DNA of 62,481 nucleotides, filler included, from Choristocarpus tenellus KU-1152 (taxonomy: Eukaryota; Protista; Phaeophyceae): assembly GCA_964200185.2 (NCBI GenBank). It is 5 parts of 5 records of this genome, joined end to end, with 100 filler letters (N's around TTAATTAATTAA, not from the genome) between each part and the next. Parts side by side here need not be neighbours in the genome. Positions count along the whole stretch, not along the records: positions 33,084 to 62,481 come from CAXNAD020000109.1; 4 more parts are not named here. The stretch is one strand, 5' to 3'. Every line of letters begins with the position of its first letter. Position 1 is the stretch's first letter. Below the pieces are notes generated by a model. It ran no database searches. It was given only the letters and a program-made list of their open reading frames with translations, and had not been told where the DNA came from. The position numbers and the translations under genes are program-made. This document shows positions 38,523 to 50,500 of the stretch, in pieces.

Positions 38523-41500
38523 ATGGTGTTCGACCACTGTGTACAGGTTCGAGCAAATAAGAAGAGGGAAGAACGCAAGCGAGGTGGTACCGGGGCTGTG
38601 CGCGTCCGTGAGGGATATTTGCGTGAGGACGGGCTGTTGATGACCATGTCGGATACTGTTTTGGGTGCAAGCATTCCTCCTTCGAGCTTGAAGGTGAGAC
38701 AACATCTTCGTGATAGAATGGTGCCAATTGAAGAAGGCAAGGCCTTGCAGAAGCAACTTTTACAAAGTTGATCTTACGAACTTTCTAATCCGTTGATCAT
38801 ACTAGTCCCTTCTGTTATACGGCGCGTATCCCCTTGCAGCCCAGGTATTATGTATGTCCAGATGCGAATGCACTCCACTGCTATCTCGACCTGTTCGACG
38901 AGGCCGAATTCGCATCGTGCTTTCGTGGCAAGGGTGGTCACGCTGGACACTGTGCTCTTTTGCTATTGTATTCACAGCTAAGTCAGCTCACTGGTGCAGC
39001 TGGGGCCATGTCGATCCGACAAGAACGGCGCCTAGTGCAGGTGAATTGAAGGCTTTTATCCTGCATGGCAAGTGTACTAGGTCCTTTCGTGTGCTATATA
39101 GACTTGAAGGGCATACTTCTGGAATCTACAGGAATATCTTGTTTGTGCGCTGTCTTGTTATTGTATGTATTTTGAACTCTTGGTAGAGCTTGACCACTCT
39201 CCATAAAATAGTAGATCCAACTAAGAGATTGAGAGAATATTGGTACAAAAGCGAAAACTATCAGGGATCAAAGGGTGACGGTTATTTTGGATCACCTGAA
39301 GCAAGAGTCATGCTGAGGGTAATGTTCAAAGAATATTGCTTATCCTCAACCACCTTGTGATCTTCAATGAGGGACACATATAATAGTAGTGTTGGGAAGA
39401 GGCGGTTAAGGTTAGGGTCAAGACTAATCTTTCATACACACAACAATGATTGAGCATGATTGGAAAGTAAAAATAGGGACTTTTCATCTCTTTGATTGAG
39501 TTCATAGTTCTACAGTGTAGACATCCGTTAGTTCTTGGGTTAGGGATAGTGTTACATTCTAAGAGAGTACTGTGTAAACATGCCAGGTATTAACAAAGAG
39601 GTATGTGATTTAATGACATATTCTTGGTCCTTTCATCAGGCTGAGAAGTTGCTAAATTTCCATCCTTTTTCAAAGCCATCAACCCGCCATCAGACTGACT
39701 CTTTTGAATATGCTGATACTGGGCTGCAAGGTGATTCAAACATGGAATGACTATGTGAAGTAATTAGCAACCCGGCTACAGGTCAGTCTGACCCCGTCAG
39801 AAACATCGTACCCATAGCTGACCTGGTGAAGTCTTGTCACTGTGTGAAGGCGACTGTAGATCATGCCTACACATATGTTGCATATCGGTATAATGTATTT
39901 CACAGTATACTTCTATCTATGACTTGAAACATTTTTTGATTAGCAATATATGTACAACTAAAGTGTTGCTACTACCTGTTGTGAATCCAGGTGGGGTGCG
40001 CAGCTAGAAGAATTAATATTATTTTTTCAATATTACTGGTGACTGCCCAATTATAGAGAATGAGAATGTTATATTTCTCAATCTTTGACTGCTGCAATAT
40101 AATCAGGTAGCATGGAACAAGGGGCTGCTCAGCTGCCCCCAAACCACTTCAACCTCAACTTACTGCCATGTACTGTCCAATGCACATATATTGAGAATCT
40201 TCTAGTTTTTGTTCTAGTTCTAGTTCTAGTTCTGAGTTTCTACAGTGTAATAGTGCCAACATGGTCTTGAGATAAGGTGGTGAATGAGAAATTGATTTCC
40301 TTGTTGGTACTAAGATTTGTGTTTTGAAAGTTGTCTGCAAACATGTCTGTTGTAATAATTCAAATATCTCCAGTATTTGTCTTTTTCAACTTGTTGCAGA
40401 CAACTTTCATGTGGGCTGGCGTGACAGGTCGGACTGGTTCATTGGACTTGGGTTCACCCAGAATTAGACCGGGTTGACCCACAGACCGGAAAGTAAAAAA
40501 TATGTGATGGCCCTGGACTGAACCTCCCAAAAAACACTGGAACCGGGCTGGCATACACATGGACTGCGCCGTAACAATATTTGGAGGACCTGGTCCACGC
40601 ATGTCAGGAATTATTGGGACAGGACACAAGACTAGCCAGTGGACTGGACTGTTTGCATTTTCTCAGCCCAATGATAGGCCCTGGTAATTTTAAGAACATT
40701 GGCTCCTGTGGTGGAGCAACTGAAGTCAGCACCCAAACATTTTTCTTACATTTTCAAGAAAATCTTCCCCCCTGCCCTCACCCCGTCCCCACTCATTCTA
40801 CCAGCTGGCACGCTCTCTCCCAGGGACATTGATATTTTTTGACAAGTTTTGTCCAGAGATGCACATGGCCAAGCAGCACCACGAAGCAAACGCCTCACCT
40901 GAAAGTAAAAACTCTGCCTCCTCTGCTGACCCAATGGGTCTCATGGAAATGGAAGGCGCTTGTTGGTGGTGTGCAGAACGCCTCAGCAAAGAGGGAACTC
41001 CATTGGGACGACCACAAGTGATGTCACAACATGATGGTAACAACTCCGCAAAGAGCAGAGTAGGGACAACTGTTGTTATCCTTTCTGATGATCCCCGTTA
41101 TGCCAAACGAGGACTAGGAGCTCCGGGAAAGATTGGAGGAGTTGGAGGAAGTATGGATGAGGGAGGTAACGGTTTGGGAGTTGTAAAGGCTGTGGATTGT
41201 GAGGGCTTTGTGGATTTATTCTGTGAGGGCAGTGGCAAAGGACTGGGGGGGGTGGAGAGGGAAGTGGGGGGAACCGTGCAGTGCAAGAGGTCCATGCTAA
41301 AGAAGGCCTATGACTTATATGTCTCCTATGTTTCAGAGGTGAGTGGCATTGTTTTGGTTGGTAGTGTAGGGTGACGGGAGTGGGGGGTGGGATCTTGGTG
41401 ACAGCGACTTATTACAATACAAGCAAGTTAGAATTATTGTCGCTTGCCTAGTGAAATTTCTGTGATTAAGTACAAAGATTCGTTTGTAGTGCGTGCAGCT

Positions 41501-44500
41501 CAAACACTATGGGCATCACTGATGAGATTATAGGGATCGATGGGACTGAAGATTCCCACTTTTTGATTCCCACTTGAGTGTTTGAACAAATTTCTGTCGT
41601 TCTATGCTGAGTAGGCTCACAGGTAGGTGCTTTCAGGCTCCTGAGTTTACAGAGGGAAGAATGAAGGAGATGTGGGACAGACGCCCACCCTTTTTGGTGA
41701 AGTTTGGGTTGGGGGTATATCCTATAATGATATGTAATGTGATTTGAAGTATAGTAGATTTACTCTTTTGAAGAGGTGTAAGTGTATGAGAGCGTTACCT
41801 TAGGGACATGTCCCTCTAGGGCTTTATTGTAAAACCATTGTTGATTGGCTACTACGAGGGCTCCCCTCCAATTTGTAGGCTGGTGGTATATGTGCACTGC
41901 ATGATACTACCATTCAGAACACTGGAAGTTTTCCCCACATCTTATTCGTAAAATTGTTTGCTTTCTAGGATAAAACTCCTGCTTTTTATTATTAATCTTT
42001 TTGTGCGTAAGATTGGCGTGTATGTAATGGGGATTATTGGATTCCCTGAGAAAATTAGGGTTAGGGTTAGCGCAACAACTATGAAAAAATTAGGCTGTTT
42101 AAGAACGGAAATTGACTATTAACTTTATAGTTGGATGTAGGACATGACAAACACCTAAGTGTAAGGATTGTTTCACAGTGTTCCGATGTTGTCATGAGGT
42201 TGAGATGCCAGTCTTCCACGCAGGCAGACAGACAGTCGCAAGACTTATCAATCGGTGGAATTGTGGGTTCTCAATATTTGATATAGGTATAGGCTGTGGT
42301 GCTGCCTGGCATCTGTAGGTCATCACCCCGCTAGTCCACATCTTCCTGTGAAATATGTATTGATAGCCTTCCTCACCTCCCTTGCTAATGTGTAATTTTC
42401 TACAATCATTTGGGCGGTCCCCTTAGTTTTCATTCGTTGATGCATGATCTTGACCAGTAGAAGAATCTACAGATGAGGACACCTTGAATATTTGAAATCA
42501 TGATTCAGAATCATAACTGATTGTTCGGTTGTGAGACCACCCAACCACGCCCAGGTTGCTGCAGCAACCTTGATTGTCTTGGTGAAGGTGCTGAATGGTG
42601 ATCCCTATTTACATTCCTCTGCAAGAGCTTCTAAGGTGCTTTCAGTCACCTTGAGCTTTTCTACACTGCCAATAAACCTACCAGCTTGCTCCCCAGCATC
42701 CTTGTTGTGGAGGGCTCGATATCTGGGCCTGCCTTGATGACTGACAATCCTGTAATAAAAGATTGCTATAGTGCAACTAGCTTTGACACACCCGGTGAGT
42801 GGGAGGGAGGCAGGATAGGATGGTTCTATGAAGAAACCACCCCGTGAACTTGGATATCAACCCATTTTTGGCAAGGGTATGGGGAGTGAGCTGGTAGGAA
42901 AAAACGGGGGAGAAGGTGGGTTAGATTTCGGGGGGATTGACAGCACCTTTGAAAGGTTTTGCAGGGCATTATAAGATAGGTGAAGAGGGTCCATCATTCT
43001 GCGCCTTCGGTGAGGTGAAGAAGGTTGCTGCAGCAAATAGGTAATGGTTGGAAGATCTCAAGGATATAATGAGGAGGATCATCAGGCGATCATGGCCATG
43101 TCAGCTTTACAGCTGCAAAGAAGGGGTCTGCGCAAACAATTTTACAAAAGCGCAAACAATATTTTACCCCCAGGGACTACAGAGAAACAACTATTTTGAG
43201 GTGGAAGCTTCATGAATTGCACATGAAGTGTGGGGAAGATCCAGCTCTGTTTATAATTTGGATCAACGAGTTGGTGCTGGAGGTGGAGAGCATGGGTGGC
43301 ACTGTGCCAGAGGATACCTTGGTATTTGCAGGGAGGCACCCCTTGAGCATGAGATGATTGTATTTGAGGAGTACAGTGTTATCAAGACCCTTCAGAACAA
43401 GTGGAAGGCAGGTTCACTGGTGACTAGCTCTGAGGCATTGATGACAGGGAGAGTATAGAGGCCATGGGTAGGGGCAATATTTACACGTTCACCATGTGTG
43501 GCCCCACATTTGCAGTTATCTTGCCATTGCTTAACAGGCAGCAATAGGGATGTTGTGCTCAAGTACTTTAACTATAGCTGCGACAAACCAGGCCACAATA
43601 GCTCTGCTGACTTCATGAGGAGGTGAGAATGTCAAGCAAGTCCAAGTGAGAAAGGGGGAGCTGTCGTAAACACCAAAAAGGGGGAAGGCGATCTTCTAAT
43701 GTTGAAAAGGATGATGGATCTGGACGAGCATTATTGAGTGGAAAGGTTTCTGGTGCTGATAGGGAGAGCTGGTTTCTAGGTATCGTTGACTCCACTGCAT
43801 GCAATACAGTGAGTTTGACTCCTGGTGATTTGAACTTCCACTTGAATGGTGTGGTCCTGACTTGCTGAAATTGTGAGTGTTGGATGCAGGGACTACCTAC
43901 AGCTTTACATGCGACGGTTTGTTCAGGTGGGGTGGTAATTGTGGGTGGTGGTGAACATCTTGAGATTGTGGCCAAGGGTGATGGGTCGTAAGCTACGTAG
44001 GTTCACCATCCTGTGTGTGCTGTGTATGTTGTTAACTGTGTTAGGGTTAGGGTTAGGCTTAGGCTTAGGATCAACCTCTACTCGGCAAAATCTGATACGA
44101 GCAACTTGGGCTACAGCTTATGACCTGCCCATAGAAACAAGGCTGCGGTCTTTTATGAATGTTGGGACTGACATCCAAACTTTTCTTTGTTGGATGATGA
44201 GGGCCTGCTCACTGTGGGCGTGTGTTGAGTACATGGATACTATATCTCAACTATCCCTAACCCTGGATTTGAAAACCCCCTCGTAATGTGGTGGAAGGAA
44301 GGAGGACATCACCAGGATTTTTCAGCTTCCACAAACACGAATGATATGCATGTGTTTTGGGGGCATGTGCACCAGAGATTGGTGAAGAAGTGGGCATCTG
44401 CGCACAAGATTCTTCCTTCTTAGGGTTAGGGTTAGGGTTAGGATTATGGTTAGGGTTAGGGGTCATTTGCAGAGGGTGTGCTCTCTGCTAGGCCAATCGA

Positions 44501-47500
44501 CTTTTCATTCCTAAGAAGTGTGTCTTTACAGACTGGACGAACTTAAAAGAATGGCCAAGAAAATTGGTGACCATAGACATGACCTGGTGGTGGTTGATGA
44601 ATGCCCAAATATGGGATAAGTATACTTCATGAAGGTCAAGGGCTCACATGAAGCATTATAGGTATTCGAGAGAGGTTCATCTCAGACTTGGCAAAACCAA
44701 TGGACATCCATACCAAGTATTGGCGGAGTGACAGTGGGGGCAAGTACATGTGAGGACCACTTTGTGGGGGTGCAGGAGAAACGCCTCCACTGTCGGTTCA
44801 ATGTGAGCTTTCGACTCCCAATGCAGCTCAGTACAACGGGATGTCCTGGAAAGGAATGTTCTTGAACTGTGAACAGTCCTTGACACTGCGACATGGTGCA
44901 AGGCTGGAAGATGATTAGAGTCTGCGGGCTGAGGAGATATCACACACAAATAATCAACATGACATCAATATCTGTGAATCAATGATGGGAATCACCTTGG
45001 GAGCCCTGAAATGGATATGGATATGGATATGGATATGGATATGGATATGATATCTTGGTTCTCTCCCCTCGTGTGAACCTAAGATGCTTCACACCTTGCT
45101 TGCTTCTTCACTGTGACCCTGCACCCCCTGGGGGAAGGGGTATGCCCTCCTAATTGCCTGGTCAGTGAGGTCCTCCACCTGTAACCACACCTTGTTGCAC
45201 ACAGTTACAACCACCTCAGGGTAGTTGCTGAACATTAAGCATTAAGATGTAGCCAAGTTTATGGAACCTTGAGCAAAGTACCTTGGCCATCTGAAAGAGT
45301 TGACTCTCATTCACAAAGTTGGGTCCATACCACCTGTCCTGGAATCTCATTGCAATAGCTTTTCTGAATGCATCACACGTTATGTCTCTTATGCTTGAGA
45401 GACCCTCACGCTGGATTTCCTTTGGTGTAGCTCTCACTTCACCAGACCCCATATTCTTTACACATGCACAATGAAGGATGTGGGTGATGTTAATATTGAT
45501 AATGTGGTCAAGCTGAAGAGCTGGAGACTGCATTGCCATTTGATTGGCACAGATATCTCATTTAGGACCCAGCATACCGTAATAGGGTCTATAGTTTCCT
45601 TGAACAGGGATAGATTTCTTTCATTTTATTGCACTCACAGTGGAAGAGTCTAACACAACAACACTGTTGTATTTCTCTCAGTAATGTGCAGTATCAGAAA
45701 TACCATATAGGGTGGGTCTCCTTAACCCAACTACAGCACTCAATTGTTTACTGCTCCAATTATTGATACTTTTTGTGTATGTGTGTGTTAGTCTTAGGAC
45801 TATCCTGGCCTGTGTTCAGAGGTAGTACATACTGCACTACTTCTCATACTTGCTGCTGCAATGAACTCTTGCACCACTACTTATTGTACTCTATTACCTC
45901 TGTTCTTGTCTTGCTTCTTGCGTGGTGGGTTCAGCAATCCCACTGCTCATTTCTCCGCCTCCTCCCTTGAATCGTTTGATGGACTCTCTTTGATGTTGCC
46001 ATGTCAATCTTGATCAGGTATTTTGTTGGTACAGCGAAAGATACGATAGTACAGGTATACAGTCCATTTTACTTGCTATATGGTATAAGATAGTTGAAAC
46101 CAGATTTCCATGAATGTCTGGTGTAAGGTGGTACAAACCCTGGGATACTGGTGCAGGGAATAACCTCCTTAACCACTGAGCCGTTAGGGCACCCCAAGCA
46201 GTGATGCACCGAGTTGATCACGTGTCAGCACAGATTCTCCTTAATCTGTTTCTCTACAGTAAGGTGTTAGTGGGATCTCAGAGAACTGACCACTTTATGA
46301 CAAAAATACAAATCAACCTGAACAAAGATAATTTGCCTTGAATTACGGACTTCAGAGTGTATAGCTTTTCATATACATTCTGGATGACAACACGGTCACC
46401 TCCACTTTCCCAGCAAAAGAAAAGACCCTCTTCATGTCCAAACCCCAAAACATTGTGTAGTGAGTCCCAATGTATCAATGCGCTCTTTATCATACCACAT
46501 CTGCTCATCTGTGGTTGTTTGCATAGAATCATGAAGCTTGGATGAATAGAATTGTGCTGAATGTAGTTTCTTGCTATTATGGTTGTAATTGTTTAGACAG
46601 AAGAGAAGGAGTCAACTCCCTTAACTAACTTTTTTTTTTTCCCCAATAGTTTCCACAGAAATGGTAGGAAAATGGAACAAATTGCTATAGCCTTCTGCTA
46701 GCTAGTTTGGTTTGAAAATAGTGCATGATAGTCCATGTTGCACACTAGATGAAAGCAAGGCGCTAGGGATGTAATATTCGGCATAGAAGTAACGTGTCCT
46801 TGAATAGTCCCAGTTTTGACTTGGCATTTCTACTTTGATACCTCTGGTCTGACTTGACATAGACGCCCTTTGCCAATAGTGAGATATTAGTTGCCTCAGT
46901 GAAATTTCAATGCTTTGTTCGGCTTCTCTTGGAATTATTGGATACCCGTTCCTCAGAACTTGCTTGTAGAATGCTTTGAAAACCTTTATAGGATAAGCTG
47001 TTGATGATATGCTCATAGCCTCTATATTTTGTTATTTCCAGACTCCTAAATAGCTCTGCACATCAAGCGACAAGTGCGTGCTCGACAGCCTGCTTTAGCT
47101 TGCCTTTGGGAGCATTGACCCCTATCTTCCCCTTCGCCAGGTTCTTGAATTGATCTGCACTTCACAGAACCAAGCCATACAGAGGGGATGTTGAACACGT
47201 GTTGTTTTGAGTGACAGAACTATTTATCAATGTGTTGCTTTTCACGAAGAACAGAAAGACTAACCCTAACCCTAACCCTAACCCTACAAACATGTTATTT
47301 GTGTACGTAGGTCATGCTAGTACCCCACTTGCACTGATTGCTTTGGACTTGTTGAGCTGCCCTATCAATATTTCTAGGAACATGATGCTTGCCCTCAATT
47401 CCAGATTCTTCGAGTCTTGGATCCTCAAGGCCATCCAGAATGTGTTGGCGTTAGCCTGGTTTAGGATGTGTGATATTTAGTACTCCTACCTGACTATGTC

Positions 47501-50500
47501 ATTGTTTTAAGGCAGCCTACACATCCGACCCTGATTCTGGTACAGCCCCTACAATATCATTGGAGGTCAGGCTGAAGTGGATCAGAACCTGTTCCAAACC
47601 ATTTGAACTATATCTTCCCTGTCCTCTTGCCCAGCAGAGGTTCAGGTTAACCAAGCTTTATTGCCAAGGATTGGGCATAATGGATCATCTTCTCGTCGTT
47701 GTAGTATACCTGCAATGAACTCATTCTTTCATAAATACAAAGATGTAGTCATACTGCTAAGTACATACATACGTGAGGCAGTAATAACCAAATGTTAGTG
47801 CCAATGCCACAGCCAAATGGAGAAAACATTCAACACAATAAAAGTTGCAATGCAACAACAAACACTGCTACAATGTGCTACTTTCCCTAGTTGTAGTCAG
47901 CACACGATCAACGTTAATTGCTGATACCTTCAGCTTCACAAACCTGTCTGAAGGCGTAAAGGGAGTGATCACTCTCCTGACGACCTCAGGTACTACTGAT
48001 GAGAACTTCCTGCTACCAGTGGTGCTGGTTTCAATGGCATGGCATATACTTTGTCTGAGTTGCTGGTTGAGACCACTTACACACAATGGAGGCCAAGTTG
48101 CCACTCGTGGGGGATGCAACAGCAGCACCTCTGGAATCTCCTTAACATCTATGGCAGCAACATTGATGTCTGTAGTGTTGTCCTTGCCCATAGCAGGGAG
48201 TGAAACAGCGCACTAGTAATCATCAGACTTGACAGAAGTGTCTTGGCATTTAACTAATTCTAATATAGTGTTTTGAAAGAAAAGTGAAATGTTGTCCAAG
48301 GTGTGCATACATCACAGTACCCAGTATGGATGATAATATCATAATATCGATATTGACTTAGGGTTAGGGTTAGAGATTTATTCGAGTAGTCTGTACCTGA
48401 GAAAACACAATTCTCAACGCTGGTATTGCCCTAGAATGTTTGGCTGTATTCAGCCTAAAATGTCCATTGTTCATGACAATGTTTGGGCCCCTTTGCTCTA
48501 TATCGTTTGTTAGCTGGACAATGTTTGGGGACCATTTCTGCCCTGTTTATTTCCTGAATGTTAGAGGGGTGTTGCAAACTAGCTTTAGGGTTTCACCTTT
48601 ATATTGAAGGCAATTTTCCTCTGAAGTTCAGAGCCCAAACCCTACAACAGTCTCTTTAGAATACAACCTCAAATATTTAGGTAATCTGACCATAAGCCTC
48701 AGCTGTAGTAATAACCTAATTGGATATTCAAACCATTGTATCAGTCACATCCCACACAATACCCCACACTCCAAAATGATGCTACAGAAGAGTTATGAAC
48801 CTGATAATTATGTATGTGTCAAGTGTCAGGTCCCATTTTGGAATCTACGACACATTGACATGGATATCGCATGCAGTCATACGCATTGATCGCTCCACTT
48901 TTTTCCATTGAGGCTCCTCGAGTAATCAGTCAATAGCCCTGACATGCACATGAGATCCAGGTCTGGATGAACAGCAAAGTAGGCATTTGCACAATGGGTG
49001 ATTGAAGCGATTGATTATTTTGTCCGTGAGACAAAACACTTCCCATATGATTAACTACACAGACCTAGACCCAGTAGACCTGACTCCACCTAGGACGAAA
49101 GGCTCTTCTTACCAATTGGTTGAGGCACTGTTCTGTTCATCTGAGTGACCTTCTTGCAATGCTTGGTATGATGCGGTCAACCCCCCAATGATATAAGAAT
49201 TTTTCTGCTTTGGTTGATGCTGAAGTAGGACAGTACCACAGATACCTCATACTAGAGTTGAGGTGAATCAGAGCTGAACAGAAACGTCAGCATGGAACAG
49301 ATGTCTCAGAAGGTCCTGTTGATGACGCAGCAGATGCAGTATTCAGTCAGAATTGGAATGCCACTTCAATCTGACCTTCCTTTTTACTGTTCATTCATAT
49401 TTGGATCTTGTGTGCATGTCTAGACTGTTGACTGATCGCTTGAGCAACCTTGTTGGCAGAAGGTGGAGTGTGCAATGCACATCACTGTGCGAGGTATCCA
49501 TATCAATGCGTCGGAGATCACAAATTGAACCTGTACCTGGCAATGCTACAGGTGTATTCAAATGTGTATGAAATCTCATTTCAGGACATTCAGTGGTGAT
49601 CAGATCTTCACACACACCTGTCGCTCAATCCTAAAGCTAACCCTAACCCTAACCAAATAGAATACACTAGCTCTATATCCCTAGACACAGCTTGAGACCC
49701 CTAATTTAAGTGAACCTACAATGCAACATCTAGTCAATGACCCTTTATTTGTACCATTGAACTTAGGAATATCAAAGACTTGAAAGCTTAAACCCTGACC
49801 CTTAAACCAAGAACGTTGGCTTCCAACCTACCAACTGATTGCAGAAGTCCAATTAACCTCAGCCTAGTTCAGAATTAGGGCTTGCTTCAGAGTTGGGGTT
49901 GGGGCTAAGGGTGCTTGCATCTCTATCTCAAGACCCAGAAAATCTATTACTATTTTGGAGTGGTGGCATTATTTTTATTGATCAAGCCTTTTGTATCTAA
50001 TGCAATAACCACCCTACAGCCACATTCAGAAGTGGGACATGGATCAGGACAGCAGGACACCTCTTTAGCACAAGGCTCGGGAAAGAGTCCTGCCATGCTT
50101 CCTCATCTTTCCAGGGACCGCTTGGAAGCTGCTGTGGGATCGGGAGACCTCCTTAAGGGCAGACTAGACGTGTTTGAGCACAATCCCAGGGAGGGAGTAG
50201 TTGTTGTTGGAGGAGCTGGGCTGGGAGGAGGGATGGAGAGGGTGCTGAAGGAGTGGGCAACATCACAAGGGAAGGTGAAGGTGAGCTGCCTTTATTGATA
50301 TATTTTGTACTTTGTAGTGATGAGTGTTTTTTTTTGTCAATAACTAAACCCAGTCATTCTTATTCTGAAGCCCCTTTGCCTGTTCCGTCAGAATCTTGTC
50401 ATACTTTTTTTTTGTTTTCAGCATTACATCATTATATCATTATATCATTATATCATCACTTGTTTGGAACACGTTCTTTTTGTTGGTTCAATTATTGTCT

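Noticed and set aside
39760-40690. Clustered GGACTG/CCGG motifs resembling hAT subterminal repeats
   Set aside because: No clear TIR or TSD could be identified.
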